DNA of 64,000 nt from Blepharisma stoltei ATCC 30299. Taxonomy: Eukaryota > Protista > Ciliophora. Under the pieces are notes generated by a model that was given only the letters and a program-made list of their open reading frames with translations, was not told where the DNA came from and did not search any database. The position numbers were made by a program, and so were the translations under genes. The stretch is from the NCBI GenBank assembly GCA_965603825.1, contig CBFDEM010000015.1, positions 62,001 through 126,000 on the forward strand. Reading direction: 5' to 3'. This document shows, in pieces, positions 24,676 to 37,687 of this stretch; the first letter of the stretch is position 1, and every line of letters begins with the position of its first letter.

Positions 24676-25120
24676 CTTAATTTTTATAGAATCTTAAAAT
24701 AATTTTTATTAAGTGTCTTAATAGACTTTAAATTTGATTTTAAACTATATGAGTTTCTAGGTGAAATCTGCATCAAAATTATTGAGGACTGAGCAGCTGT
24801 ACTGATATTTTGCTTTCTTCTTTAGTTTTTGTTGCTGTTTTGCAGCCTTAGAAAAAATATAAAAATACTTTTTATATGAAAGCAGTGCTAATAAAATTTT
24901 AGCAAATGAAATAGAAATCTAAATTCTAAATCATTTAAAAAATTATACAAACAAGTAAGCATTAGCAAATAGAATTCTTTATTTTATAACCATAAGATTT
25001 CATTAATTTTCTGATTTGCGAAATATTCAAACAATACGCTGATGGATTGCCTCAATAGATAAATTTGGCCTGCCTTTTTCATTTCTTTAAAATTATATAT
25101 TTTAACGAAGATAATTATTT

Positions 25121-26766
25121 TTATTTTGATTTAGATTTCAATTTCGAAAAATAATTGTAAGGGCTTTCTGCTGTATAAATAGTTTTATTGCGCAAGTCAA
25201 ATTGGTATATTATGATATCTTCATGCTCCATAAAAAAAAAAGAAAATAAATTTAAGTGGGTACGGTTAATGTAATTTCTAATAGAATTTGTTTGAAATGA
25301 TCCGATTTTATTCCAAATATATTCATTATGAATCCCGCTTTCAAAAAATCCATTTTCGCTGTCTGCAATATAAGCCCTCTTATTTCCAGTAAATAGCATT
25401 TTTTCTGATACTGGATAAAGATCAATAAATTGTATTTCTGAGTAGCTTTCTATTAATAGGTCAAACTTGCATAATTTCATGCTGTTTTCTGAACAAATTA
25501 GCATTGCTTTTTTATATAAGCAGCATGATATAGCAAACAGATAGTTTATAAAAGGGCTGGGTAATCTTGTTTTCTTCTCTCTCAAGATAAATGCATAAAC
25601 GCAATTTTCATAATACATGGGCAATGAAAGACTGCATTCACAAAATTGAGGAAATATTTTGCTGATTTTCCAAGTTTTTAAGTCAAATATGAATGGGTAT
25701 TTGTTTTTTTCTAAACAAAAAATTTCGTAATTAGGAATCTCGGCTACATATGCTCTGGATGAATCAATATTATATTGATTAAGAGGCAAAGGAATATTTA
25801 TCCATTTTTTAGCTTCTGTTCCATATATTAACAGTTTATTCGATTTTATTATGAAAAAATACTTGAATTCGAATTTGTGATTGATTAATTCAAAAATAAA
25901 TTTCAGTATATCGATAGCACTGTTAATTTTTTTATCATCTATAGATTTAGACGACTTCTTTTTATTTTTATACTGATAGCATCATTTTTTTATATCATCT
26001 GCCTTATCAATGAATTCAGATTTAAGCTTATCAATCTTTTCTGGGCTTTCTAAAATATTCGCGAGCCAGCAACCCTTAACATGGTTTTCTAATAATAAAT
26101 TTCATTTAATTTTTCCAGAAATTCTATTTCAATTTGTATATGTTCTGCAATATTTATGATATCTATTAATGAAAAGGGAGAATCACTATTTCATACAGAA
26201 GATTCTACATCATTCTTAACTTCGTCAAGAATTTCATAATATTGTTCTATTGACTTTAGGCTATTTTTCAGCACAATTGAGCAGTAGCTTGATTCTAAGT
26301 ATATTTTTGGGAATTTATTTTTTATATTTTTAATTGCTGATATCTGTTCGTTGATCAGAACAAGAGTTAATTCAATATTTGGATTAGACTCTTTATGGTC
26401 CTCAATGAAAGGATATTTATAAAATTGGCCATTATAGCCAGTATAGTCAGCGATAAAAGGCTCAGGAGGTCGCTCAAAATAAGTCTCGAAAAGAGGCTTA
26501 CAAGAATTTAGATTTGACGGCATATGAGGACGCATATTAGGGTAATCACAAGGATAGGACAAATCATGCTCATTAGGATGATCAGAGGTTGTTTCAGTAC
26601 TGATGTTTGGATTTTTAGTAATCGGCTTGAGATTATGCTCACCATTTGATGAACTTAGATGAGTCACAAGGTGAGAACAACATCAAAATGTTTTTATGAC
26701 TAAACAATTGCACTCGAATTCTGCTGGCTTCCCACAAGCGGACTCAACGCAAATTAAATCTGTCAT
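25121..26766 (-). pseudogene. Family copy D (near-identical to E; 1-nt deletion near 26098)
   Basis: Starts MTDLICVESACGKPAEFECNC. Relative to E it lacks one T in GAA ATT TTA and has an in-frame deletion of about 13 codons in the Kelch-like part. Confidence 0.7.
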
Positions 26767-26849
26767 ATTAATTTATTGTCTACAGAATTGTTTCAAATTA
26801 ATTTTAAAATATAAAATATTTAAATATAATAAGTATAGATATCAAGTTT

Positions 26850-27570
26850 CTGATTATTACATCAAGATTTCGAAAATAATTCACACTTTGACTAATTTTG
26901 GACCCAAACGGTTTTTCCATAAAAAACTTTATTATTTGAAGCCTCGACGGAATACCCTTAGGATCAATATTATCTTTATCAAGAATTATTCTCTTGTATT
27001 TTTTTCAGGTCTCTCTGCCATACAATATAAATATACAGTGCTGTTAAAATTTTTATTAACTATCTTCAATTAAACATGGTTAAGATGCCGTTGCTTTTAT
27101 TCTAAAGACATCAATTTAAAAAATCTTTTATTTTACCACTAAATTCGACTTTAAGCTCTTCATTGTCGTAGCCTTCAGTAATTTTTGCCATCCAGCGGCT
27201 TTTTACTTCGTTTTCAATAATAAAATTTCAATTAATTTTAATAATTTCGATTTATTTTCTATTTTCTATTTGAGATAAGGCGAATTATCAATAAATTTAG
27301 TGTTTTCTTCTTATCTAGGGCTCAATTTATTAGAAGCCATTTTTCAACAACACATTAAGTTTTTTGTTCTCTTTATTGCAAATATTTATTTATGTATTCT
27401 GGCAAGTTTGTACCAATAGTGGAGTCTAATTTCTTATTGATAACTATAAAAGAATTCTTCAATATTTATGTTTAATATTTTGGAAGAGCCATAAGGCGTA
27501 AGCCATTGCACTATATATCTGCTGACTTACCACAAAAAGATTAAAAAGCAAACTTGCTCCGGCCATTCAA
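26850..27570 (-). pseudogene. Decayed family relic (paralog of ~30230-30945)
   Basis: Degenerate ZnF start near 27566 and an ENEVKSRW-like segment, with many stops. Boundaries are approximate. Confidence 0.55.
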
Positions 27571-28019
27571 TTTTATAGGATTATAAATATTTGAGCAACC
27601 ACAGTTTGAAACAAAAAGCCATTAAGCATATAAAGAAAAGAATCTCTAATCATCGAGGGATATAGTAATGATTCCTACAGGATGCTCGCTATTTGGGGGA
27701 AACTAAATAAGTTTCTAGGTGAAATCTGAATCAAAATTCTTGAGGAATGAGTAGATGCACTAATATTCTGCTTTATTCTTTATTTTTTGTTGCTTTTTCG
27801 CAGCCTTAGTTTAAATAGAAAAATACTTTCTATATAATATAATTTTTATTATGCTTACTTGTGAAAGGAGTAGCAAAGAAATAGAAATCTAAATTATAAA
27901 TCATTTAAAAAGTTATAAAAACAAGTAAACATTTACAAATAGCAATTCTTTATTTTATAGCCATAAAATTTCATTAATTTTCTGATATGCCATTTTCATT
28001 TTTATAAAATTATATATTT

Positions 28020-29705
28020 TTAATTATTTTTATTTTGATTTAATTTTGAAAAATAATCGTAAGGGCTTTCTGATGTATAAATATTTTTATGGCACAAGTC
28101 AAATTGGCATGTTATGATATCTTCATATTCCATCATAAAAAAAGAAACTAAATTTAAGTGGCTACGGTTAGTGCAATTTCTAATAAAATCTATTTGAAAT
28201 GATCCGATTTTATTCCAAGTATATTCATTATGGATCTCACTTTCAAAGATTCCATTTTTGCTATCTGCAATATAACATCTGCTATTTCCAGTAAATAGCA
28301 TTTTTTTTGATACTGGATAAAGATCAATAAATTGTATTTCTGAGTAGCTTTCTATTAATAGGTCAAACTTGCATAATTTCATGCTTTTTTCTGAACAAAT
28401 TAAAATTGATTTTTTATATAAGCAGCATGATATAGTATACAGATAGTTTATAAAAGGGCTGGGCAATGTTGTTTTCTTATTGTTTATTAAATCAAATTTT
28501 TCCAAGCAGGGTCTCTCTCTCAAGCTGAATACATAAACACAATTTTCATAATACATGGGCAATGAAAGAATGCACTCACAAAATTTAGGAAATATTTTGC
28601 TGATTTTCCAAGTTTTTAAGTCAAATATGAATGGGTATTTGTTTTTTTCTAAGCAAAAAATTTCGTAATTGGGAAGCTCGGCTACGTATGCTTTAGATGA
28701 ATAAATATTATATTGATCAAAAGGCAAAGGAATATTTACCCATTTTCTAGCTTCTATGCCATATGTTAACAGTTTGTTCGATTTTATTTGGAATAAATAC
28801 TTGAATTCGAATCTGTGATTGATTAATTCAAAAATTAAGTTCAGTATATCGATAACACTGTTAATTTTTTTATCATCTATAGATTTAGATGACTGCTTTT
28901 TATTTTTGTACTGATAGCATCATTGTTTTATATTCTCTGCCTTACCAATGAATTCAGATTTAAGCTTATCAATCTTTTCTGGAATTTCTAAAATATTCGC
29001 AAGCCAGTAGCTCTTAACATGGTTTTCCAATAGTAAAATTTCATTTACTTTTTCCAGAAATTCTATTTCAATTTGTATATGTTCTGCAATATTTATGATA
29101 TCTATTAATGAAAAAGGAGAATCGCTATTTCATACAGCAGATTCTACATCATCCTTAACTTCGTCAAGAATTTCATAATATTGCTCTATTGATTTTAGGC
29201 TATCTTTCAGCACAATTGAGCAGTAGCTTGATTCTAAGTATATTTTTGGAAATTTGTTTTTGATATTTATAATTGCAGATATATGTTCGTAGATCAGATC
29301 AAGAGTTAATTCAACAGTTGGATTTGGCTCTTTATGATCTTCTTTGAAAGGATATTTATAGAATTGGTCAATATACTCAGTATAATCAACAACAAGGGGC
29401 TCAGAAGGACGCTTGAAATAAGTCTCAAAAAGAGGCTTACAAGAATTTAGATTAGACGGGATATGAGGATTCATATTAGGGCAATCAAAAGGATAGGACA
29501 AATCATGCTCATTAGGATGATCAGAGGTTGTTTCAGTACTGATGTTTGGATTTTTAGTAATCATCTTGAGAGTATGCCCAATACTTGATGAGCATAGGTG
29601 AGTCACAAGATGAGAATTACATCAAAATGTTTTTATGACTAAACAATTGCACTCGAATTCTGCTGGCTTCCCACAAGCGGACTGAACGCAAATTAAATCT
29701 GTCAT
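28020..29705 (-). CDS. ZnF-coiled coil-Kelch-like family copy E (561 aa, intact)
   Basis: Single open frame from ATG 29705 to TAA 28020 with TGA=Trp. Confidence 0.8.
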
Positions 29706-29929
29706 ATTAATTTATAGAATTGTTTTCAAATTAATTTTAAAAGATAAAATATTTAAAAATAATAATCGAGTTTCTACAAAAATGAGTTTGGCTTCTGAAT
29801 TTTTGAAGATGACGATTCTTATCTCACTCCGAATAATTTAATTAAATTATTTATACGTTTAAAGTATATGCATGGATAAAAAAACTATGTATAAGTTTTT
29901 ACTCACTCTAATTGTTTTTATATATATAT

Positions 29930-30942
29930 TTCAATTAATTCCTCATAGAGTGGGACTTTCCAGTATTTTAGATATACTCATTATCATATAGCTTTTAAAA
30001 ATTATACTTATAGTATCATATGCATTCTTGTCCAAATATATAAGCTGTATATAATCCATATTGAGTATTATATAAAACTAAATTTTTATGTATAAACAGC
30101 AGGAGAAATCAGATACAGCTTTGAAAAGAACATTAGATAATCCTGCTTTCGTTTTTAATCAAAGCTAAAGAATTAAAACTTATCAGGCAGGCAAATCTGC
30201 AAACACAATTATAGCATGCAAGTAGGAAATGATTATTACATCAAGATTTCGAAAATAATTCACGTTTTGGGACTAATTTTGTACCCAAGCGGTTTTCCAC
30301 AAAAAGACTTCACTATTTGAAGCCCAACAGGATACCCATAGGACAAATATTATCTTCATCAAGAATTATTCTCTTGTATTGTCTTCAGGTCTCTCTGCCA
30401 ATCAATATAAAAATGCATTGCCTTCAAAATTGTTATTAATTAGTTTCAATTAAGCATGGTTAAGATGCTGTTGCTTTTATTCTAAAGGCATCAATTTAAA
30501 AAATCTTTTATTTTACCAACTTTAAGCTCTCATTGTCGTAGCCTTCAGTAATTTTTGCCATCCAGCGGCTTTTTACTTCGTTTTCAATAATAAAATTTCA
30601 ATTAATTTTAATAATTTCGATTTTTCTATTTCTATTTGAGACAAGGCTGATTATTAATAAATTTAGCTGTTTTCTTCTTATCTAGGGCTCAATTTATTAA
30701 AAGCCATTTTTCAACAACTCATTAAGTTTTTTGGCCTCTTTATTACAAATATTTATCTACGTATTCTGGGAAGGTTTTACCAATATTGGAGTTTGATTTC
30801 TTATGGGTAACTATAAAAGAATACTTCAATATTTATGTTTAATATTTTGGATGAAATCAGATGAGCCATAAGGCGTAAGCATTTGCACTGTAATTCTGCT
30901 GACTTACCACAAAAAGATTAAAAACAAACTTGCTTCGGCCAT
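29930..30942 (-). pseudogene. Decayed family relic
   Basis: Near-identical to 26850-27570, plus extra Kelch-like remnants (FESYMIMSI / DFSCCLY). Multiple stops. Boundaries are approximate. Confidence 0.55.
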
Positions 30943-30996
30943 TTCAATTTTATAGGATTATAATTATCTAAACAATTATCTATTATTAATTGTTAC

Positions 30997-32439
30997 TTAA
31001 ATATCCACCCTACCATAGTAATCTTTATTAGTCTTATAAATTTTCTTATTTCCCAAATCAAATAGATAGACTTTCATTAGTCCATGTTTCACAATAGAAA
31101 AATAAGTAAAATTTAAGTGGCTAAAGTCAATGCATTTTTCAATTGAATCAATCTGATATTGGCCAATTTGATTCCAATGATATTCATTGTCAACCTCACT
31201 TTCAAAAATCCCATAATTTTGATTTGCGATATAAACTCTCATGTTTCCAGTAAATAGCATTTTTACAAACTTTGAATTTACTGAAATTGGAAGTTGTGAG
31301 TAGCTTTCTATTAAGAGGTCAAATTTGAATAATCTAGAACTTGCTTTAGCACAAAATAAAAAGGAATTTTTATATACACAGCCTGATAAAGATGATTTAC
31401 AATCGATAGGAGGACTAGGCAAGCTTGTTTTTATGGTGCTAGATATATTAAATTTTTCTAAGCAAGCAAGGCTGTTAGGCTTAAAACAAAATAAATAAAC
31501 ACAATTTTCATAAGAAAGTAACAGCGAATATCTATACCCACTCGAATCAGGATATTTTTTGTTGATGCGTCATGTTTTTAGGTCAAATGTAAATATATCA
31601 TTATCATCTGTTAAACAAAAAATTTCAGAATTTGGAAGCTCTATGACTTTTCCATCATATGAATAAGAATCATACTGATCAAAAGGCAAAGAAATATAAG
31701 ACCATCTTCAAGCTTCTGTACCATATATTCAAAGCTGACTATCTTTGATATAAAAAAAGTGCTTGACTTTAAAATTGTTATTTATTAATTCAGAAATTGG
31801 CTTTAGTGCATTGATGATATTATATATTTTTGCATCATCTATAAATTTTAATTGATTTTTAATTTTTCTAAGATGGGAGCACCAATTTTCTATATCCTCT
31901 ATTGTGCTACTCAATTCAGATTTTAGCTTATCAATCTTTTCTGGGTTTTCTGAAAACTTTGCAAGCCAATACATCTTAACTTGATTTTCCAATAATAAAA
32001 TTTCATTTAATTTTTCTATGCATTCTATTTGGATTTTAATATTATCTGCAATATTCATAATTTCCAATAATGATAAAGGAAAATCATCAATCGATTGAGC
32101 ATTTTCTACCGCAGTTTTAATTTGATCAAGAGTGTGGTTATATTGCTCAATTGAATTTAAACTACTTTTAAGCAATTTTGAACAGCAACTTCATTTTAAA
32201 AAGTCATTTGAGAATTTATTTTTAATTTCTGTAATCGATGATATTTGTTCATAAATCAGACTAAGAGTTGACTCAATAGCTGGATTTGGCTTTTTAAGAG
32301 ATATTTCATAAGAACGTCTAAGAGGATGCTCAATAGGGTTCTCAATAGGATTTTCATATGTATGCCCTTGTGGATGTTCAATAGGATGATCAGGTGTCGT
32401 TTCAATTGCGTTGCTTTTTTTGCTCTCCTGAAAAAACAT
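30997..32439 (-). CDS. Family copy F (480 aa, no ZnF)
   Basis: Single frame. FDLKT-W(TGA) aligns with FDLKT-W(TGG) in copies D and E. Confidence 0.75.
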
Positions 32440-32830
32440 AAAGGTATGTGATAAAAAATTTTTATAGTAATACCAGCAATAAAACTTCTAAATAAAAATG
32501 TAGAATCGTAATTTAATTTAAATCATTTAATAAATTATTTAAAAAGCAAAATTACTCAGCAACCTTGCATTTGCACAATCAAGAACTTGGATCACTTCGT
32601 TAGAGTTCAAGATACCACCTTCTACCTTATTTATTGCTTCGCTATCTTAAACTACTTCATCTCATTCTTTACTGCCAGTAAAAATTTCTAAGTCACTATC
32701 GTCAAACAATAATTAAGCAGATAATCATTATGATGGCATCTTTAAAATATTTCGAAAATTTCCTCATATAAGTCCTATCTCCTTTAAATAAAGGAATAGA
32801 TTCCTCACTATCAGAGCTTTGCATTAAAAA

Positions 32831-33358
32831 TATTAAATAGATTATTTATTATCAATTTGACCATTTAATATCCATATTACCATACCAATTGCTTTTTGTC
32901 TTATAGATTTTCTTATTGTCTAAATCAAATTATATATTTCCATTGAATATTGCTCCGTATTGGCGAAATAAAAGCATTTTGCAGCTTCAGGATTAATAGT
33001 TTCCTCACAAGGAAATTTATTAAATTCACAAATTTTACTCAAAGCATAGTGATTATCAATCTCACTTTCGAAAAATCAATTTTTTACGTCCACTATATAG
33101 ACTCTATTATTTACAGTAAATAGCATCTTTATACTTCCTGGGCAGATTTCATAATTTTCTGAGTAGCTTTCTATTAAAAAATCAAACCTGCATAATTTCG
33201 CACCTCTCTTAGGACAAATTAAAATAGAATCTTGATATAAACAGCACAAGAAATCACTCGAACGAGTTATAAATGGACAAATAAAAATACCTCTCGTTTC
33301 TTTAATTAAATCATATTTTTCTAGACGAATTTTAGAAGAGCCGGTAAATTCATTACTA
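32831..33358 (-). pseudogene. Duplicate of the 3' half and 3' flank of copy H
   Basis: Diverged direct repeat of 34264-34808, with small indels. Confidence 0.8.
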
Positions 33359-33384
33359 ACTATTAATATAAAATCTTCCCTCCT

Positions 33385-34255
33385 TTCTCAGTTTAATCAT
33401 ATTTCCAAGATATTTGTAAGACTTTGCAATCAATTTCTTTTTCAACCAGATTTACTTTTTCCCTCTTTATAATTTAATAATAGCTGCTTTATTAATTCCT
33501 TTATTCAATACAATTTTATTCCTATCACATCGATCCTCAGTTGCCATCATACTCCTCTTAGTTGCTTCTAGATTTAAACTCCTGATTAAAATATCATCAG
33601 CATCAGCTCTAACAAATAAATTTTGATCTTTGCATAATAATTCCAATAAATCATTAAATAGATTTTAAAAGGATTGGACTTAAGGTGAACCTTCTCTAAC
33701 ACCTCTATTCATTTTTATTCAAGGAATTTTAGTACCAATAACCCTAAAGTTTGATTTTGATCTGACTCCAATGAGTTTAATTCTTCAAGTTTCTTAAATA
33801 GCAATATCCTATCAACGTAATCATAAGCTTTTTTAAAATCTAATAAAGAGATAGATCTTACTCCTGGAATTTATTCTAAACTTTTCATCTAATCGTTCGT
33901 TTAGAATTTCATATTGAAATTTCGCTGATTTTTTATTTCTAAAACCGAATTGGCATAAAACTAATTTTGAATCAATCAAGGCTTTGTATTTATTAACATA
34001 CAGGTTTTCATAAATCTTTACTAAAAACGATATTAGTCTAAATTTTCAGGATTATCAGTTTTACCACTTTTATGAATAGGTACGATAAGACATCTATTCT
34101 GTTTACCAATATGTTTTTCTCTATGCATCAATTATTAAATAGTTCAACTAAAATGTCATTAGCATCTTCTGAGATATGCTCAAGCTAATTCCATCCGGAC
34201 CAGTGCTTTTTTAGCATTAATTTGTTTTCTGCGTATAATTATTTCGTCTAAATTA
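33385..34255 (-). mobile_element. Degenerate non-LTR (LINE-like) retrotransposon reverse-transcriptase fragment
   Basis: Collinear RT motifs broken by frameshifts: KSTGPDGI (~34190-34215), IVPIHKSGKTDNPEN.RLIS (~34030-34090), LLDFKKAYDYVD (~33810-33848), GVREGSP.SPILF (~33665-33705), ADADDIL (YADD>DADD, 33593-33604), YKYLG (~33405-33420). Confidence 0.88.
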
Positions 34256-34281
34256 GGCGTATATATTAAATAGATTATTTA

Positions 34282-35727
34282 TTATCAATTTGACCATTTA
34301 ATATCCATATTACCATACCAATTGTTTTTTGTCCTATAGATTTTCTTATTGTCTAAATCAAATTGATATATTTCCATTGAATATTGCTCCGTATTGGCAA
34401 AATAAAAGCATTTTGCAGCTTCACGATTGATAGATTCATCATAAGGAAATTCATTAAATTCACAAATTTTACTCCAAATATAGTGATTATCAATCTCGCT
34501 TTCGAAAAATAGATTTCTTTCGTCCACTATATAGACTCTCTTATTTACACTGAATAGCATTTTTATATATCCTGAACAGATTCCGTAAAACGCATAAAAC
34601 TGATTTTCTGAGTAGCTTTCAATTAAAAAATCAAACTTGCATAATCTCGTACTTCTCATAGTTCAAATTAAAATAGAATCTTGATATAAACAGTACATGA
34701 AATAATTCGAATGTGATATAAATGGACAAATAAAAATGTCTTTCTTGTCTTTAATTAAATCATATTTTTCTAAACGAGATCCAGAAGGGACTCTAAATTC
34801 ATTACTAAATAAATAAATGCAATTTTTATAATATATCGGTGATGAATAGCTGCCAAATCCGCTGAAAGCAGTAAATAGTTTGCTTATTCTTCAAGTTTTT
34901 AGATCAATTTTACATGCGAAATTGTTTTGTTTGAGGCAAAAAATTTCAGAATTAGGAAGCTCTACTACCCAAGTATCATTGAGATCTAAGCCATAAAGAT
35001 AATTTTCAGATACGGGTAGGTCTGAGTAATAAAGATAATTTTTAGAAATGGGTATGCTCAAATAAGACCATTTTCACACCTCTGTACCATATATTCGAAG
35101 CAGATTGTCTTTTATTTCAAAAAAATGTTTTGCTTCAAAATCTTTATTAAATATTTCAGAAATTAGCTTCAATTTATTTGCTATTGTCTCAACTTTTTTA
35201 TTTTCTATAGTATTTAAATTATTGCTATTGGCTATATATCAGCATTCTAATTCCTTCATTTTTGCATTAAATTCAGATTTCAGCTTAGGAATCAACTCAA
35301 CATTATGCTGAGTCTTTGAGAAAGCTAAATTAGCTGGAGGATTTTTATGTACCATAGAAGGTGATGTAGTAATTAATTCAGATTTATGCTGAGTTTTTGA
35401 TGGAAGACTTTGATTTGTCATAGAAGGTGAGTTAGTTAATAATTCAGATTTATACTGAGGTTTTTAAGAAACTGGAAGACTTTGATTTGCTATAGAAAGC
35501 GAGTTAGTAATTAATTCAGATTTATGCTGAGGTTTTGAAGAAACTGGGAGACTTTGATTTGCCATAGAAGGTGATTTAGAAATCAATTCAACATTATGCT
35601 GCTTCTTTGAGGTAACTAGATGAGCTGGAAGATGAACTCCACATCAAAATGTTTTAAGACCTGAGCAAATGCACACAAATTCTGGTAGGTCTTCGCAATA
35701 GGGCTCAGAGCAAACAAAATCTACCAT
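34282..35727 (-). pseudogene. Family copy H with internal tandem repeats and a premature TAA (35464-35466)
   Basis: Starts MVDFVCSEPYCEDLPEFVCIC..W CGVHLPAH. The frame is conserved to the C-terminus, but one repeat unit has TCA>TAA. Confidence 0.7.
35290..35610 (-). repeat. Coding minisatellite, ~66-72-nt units (SPSMANQSLPVSSKPQHKSELITN-like), 4-5 copies
   Basis: Repeated aattcagatttatgctgag / gactttgatttg / atagaaggtga blocks. Confidence 0.8.
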
Positions 35728-36940
35728 TTTAATTATAGAAATATAATTTCTATTTTATAAAATTGATTTAATATGATTTTCAATTAGGTAAATTCGACTT
35801 AAAATAAGAGGAATGAGTATTTATAATTGATTAAAAATCGTTTAGTAAATAATAACGCAAAATTTTATAGAATTTATAATATTTTAAAATTAGTTTAGAT
35901 TATTTAATTAAATGAAAGTTTTTAGATTAACGATTAATGTATTCTTCAAATAAATTTTATTAATCCACAAATTTTGATCCAATTATTCATCATTCTTACT
36001 TATAGGAAATAGAATTTCATATATCCTGGATGAACTCCCAAACAGAACTTCATGAACAAACAAAATCATCAATTTAACATACTAGTATTTTAATAGAATT
36101 GTTGATATATTAGACAGAACTTTTAAAGTATGCTGGACCTGAGAATTTTGGAGGTTTAATGTATTCATATCAAAATGCATGAGGAAATTAACATTTAAAT
36201 TGAAATTTGACTGCTTATCACAACAGCATTGAAAAAATTGATCCTAATTATTAAATTTATAAAATTATGCCGTTTAACTCTTCATTTTAAATCAGAACAA
36301 AATAATAATCTGCTAAATTGAAAGAGATTCTATTTTTAAAGCAACAATCAATAATATAGAAAATAACTTAGCATTTTGTATTTCTATAGCTTCATTAGGC
36401 TCAAAGATATGGTTTTTTTAGGGTTTTTCTAAAGTGAGTTTCAGAGCTAAAATTAGCTCTTATCTATTAGAATTTTACTTTAAGTCAATATGTCATTTAA
36501 AGAAAATGGCCTATTAAAGCATAAAATTTTTATTGAATGCGCATAAAAGAAAATTAGTTCAATTTTTCCTTTTAAAAATTTGCAAAAAAAAACATTTTAA
36601 ATTTAATTTAAAGGCCTGATAAATATTATCAAAATCATTCAAGGCAAAAATAAGGCATTATATTTGCCATTTACACTATCTATTCATCCATATTTTTATA
36701 AAACGAAAAAGCAAGCTAATTATATTTCAAAATATATTAAATTTATAATCTAAGAAAGCATATAAATACTCCGTAAATTAAATCTAGGCAGCAATTATTA
36801 AGTAATAATAGGAATAATAATTCACTAAAATATATACAGCCAAGCATTTTTTTAAAAAATTTTATTTCCCCACAGTTAATTATGATTGATATTATTTTTT
36901 GAACAGTATTTCCATATTTATTCGAGATTATAATAAAAAA

Positions 36941-37687
36941 ATGACATCGCACCACCATAATTCTGAAATTCCTCACTCTCAATGCCAAACTGATCCTATT
37001 GATGCTTATCCATCTCTGAAGGATTTAACAGTTGGATTTTCAGCATGTCTCCAAGCCAAAATAATTGAGGATCTGGAAACAAAGGAAAATACTTCTACTC
37101 CAAAAAGTGATGTATTTTTCAATAAATTTCATCTGATGGAGTATTTAAGAGCAAATTCCAAAGATGCTCCTTCGATTGATGAAATTTTTTCATTCACTTA
37201 TCAGCTATACAGCTTAAAGAGGCTTAGTGGAGAATGTTTAATACTAACTTTAATGTACATGCTAAGAGTATCAAAGTCATCAGGAATTAAAATATTTAAT
37301 GCAAATTGACGTCAATTTGTGTTCACTGCTACAATAACCGCCCAAAAAGTCTGCAACTCCATCCACCTCTGTAACTTGGAATTTGAAGACTGTTTCACTG
37401 ATCTTTCATCAGAGGAAATTTTCGACATGGACGGTGAGTTTTTCAATCTGATGAAGCATAAATATGAAGTCGACCTCGCCTTTTTCCAAAATATCTTCGA
37501 AATTTTAGCTTATGCTTTAGAAGACAAGTCAAAAAAAAAGTGAAAATTAAATGAGCAGAAAATTAATAAAATAATCAAAAGATCAAAAACATTTGACGAA
37601 GACGAAGAAGAGGAGAACGATTTGAGCAAGTTTGTGAGCGAAAGGATGTATAATATAGATCTTGATAAATTGGATTGGGAAACTTAA
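36941..37687 (+). CDS. Divergent cyclin of the Y/PHO80-like group (248 aa)
   Basis: ECLILTLMYMLR...NAN-W(TGA)-RQFVFTATITAQKV resembles cyclin Y NWRRIVLGAILLASKVWDD. Confidence 0.68.

Noticed and set aside
26696-27073. 125-aa plus-strand ORF and similar antisense or AT-rich ORFs (e.g. 10268-10624, 22072-22473, 38772-39507, 49249-49590, 14502-14726, 60064-60264)
   Set aside because: Shadows of real genes on the opposite strand, or low-complexity I/F/K/N-rich chance ORFs.
35290-35610. CRISPR-like spaced repeats
   Set aside because: The units are degenerate, contiguous and codon-phased within a eukaryotic gene. There are no unique spacers or cas genes.
35940-36300. Possible further Kelch-like family relic
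   Set aside because: Only faint similarity (NDE..W.KI-like), too decayed to annotate with coordinates.
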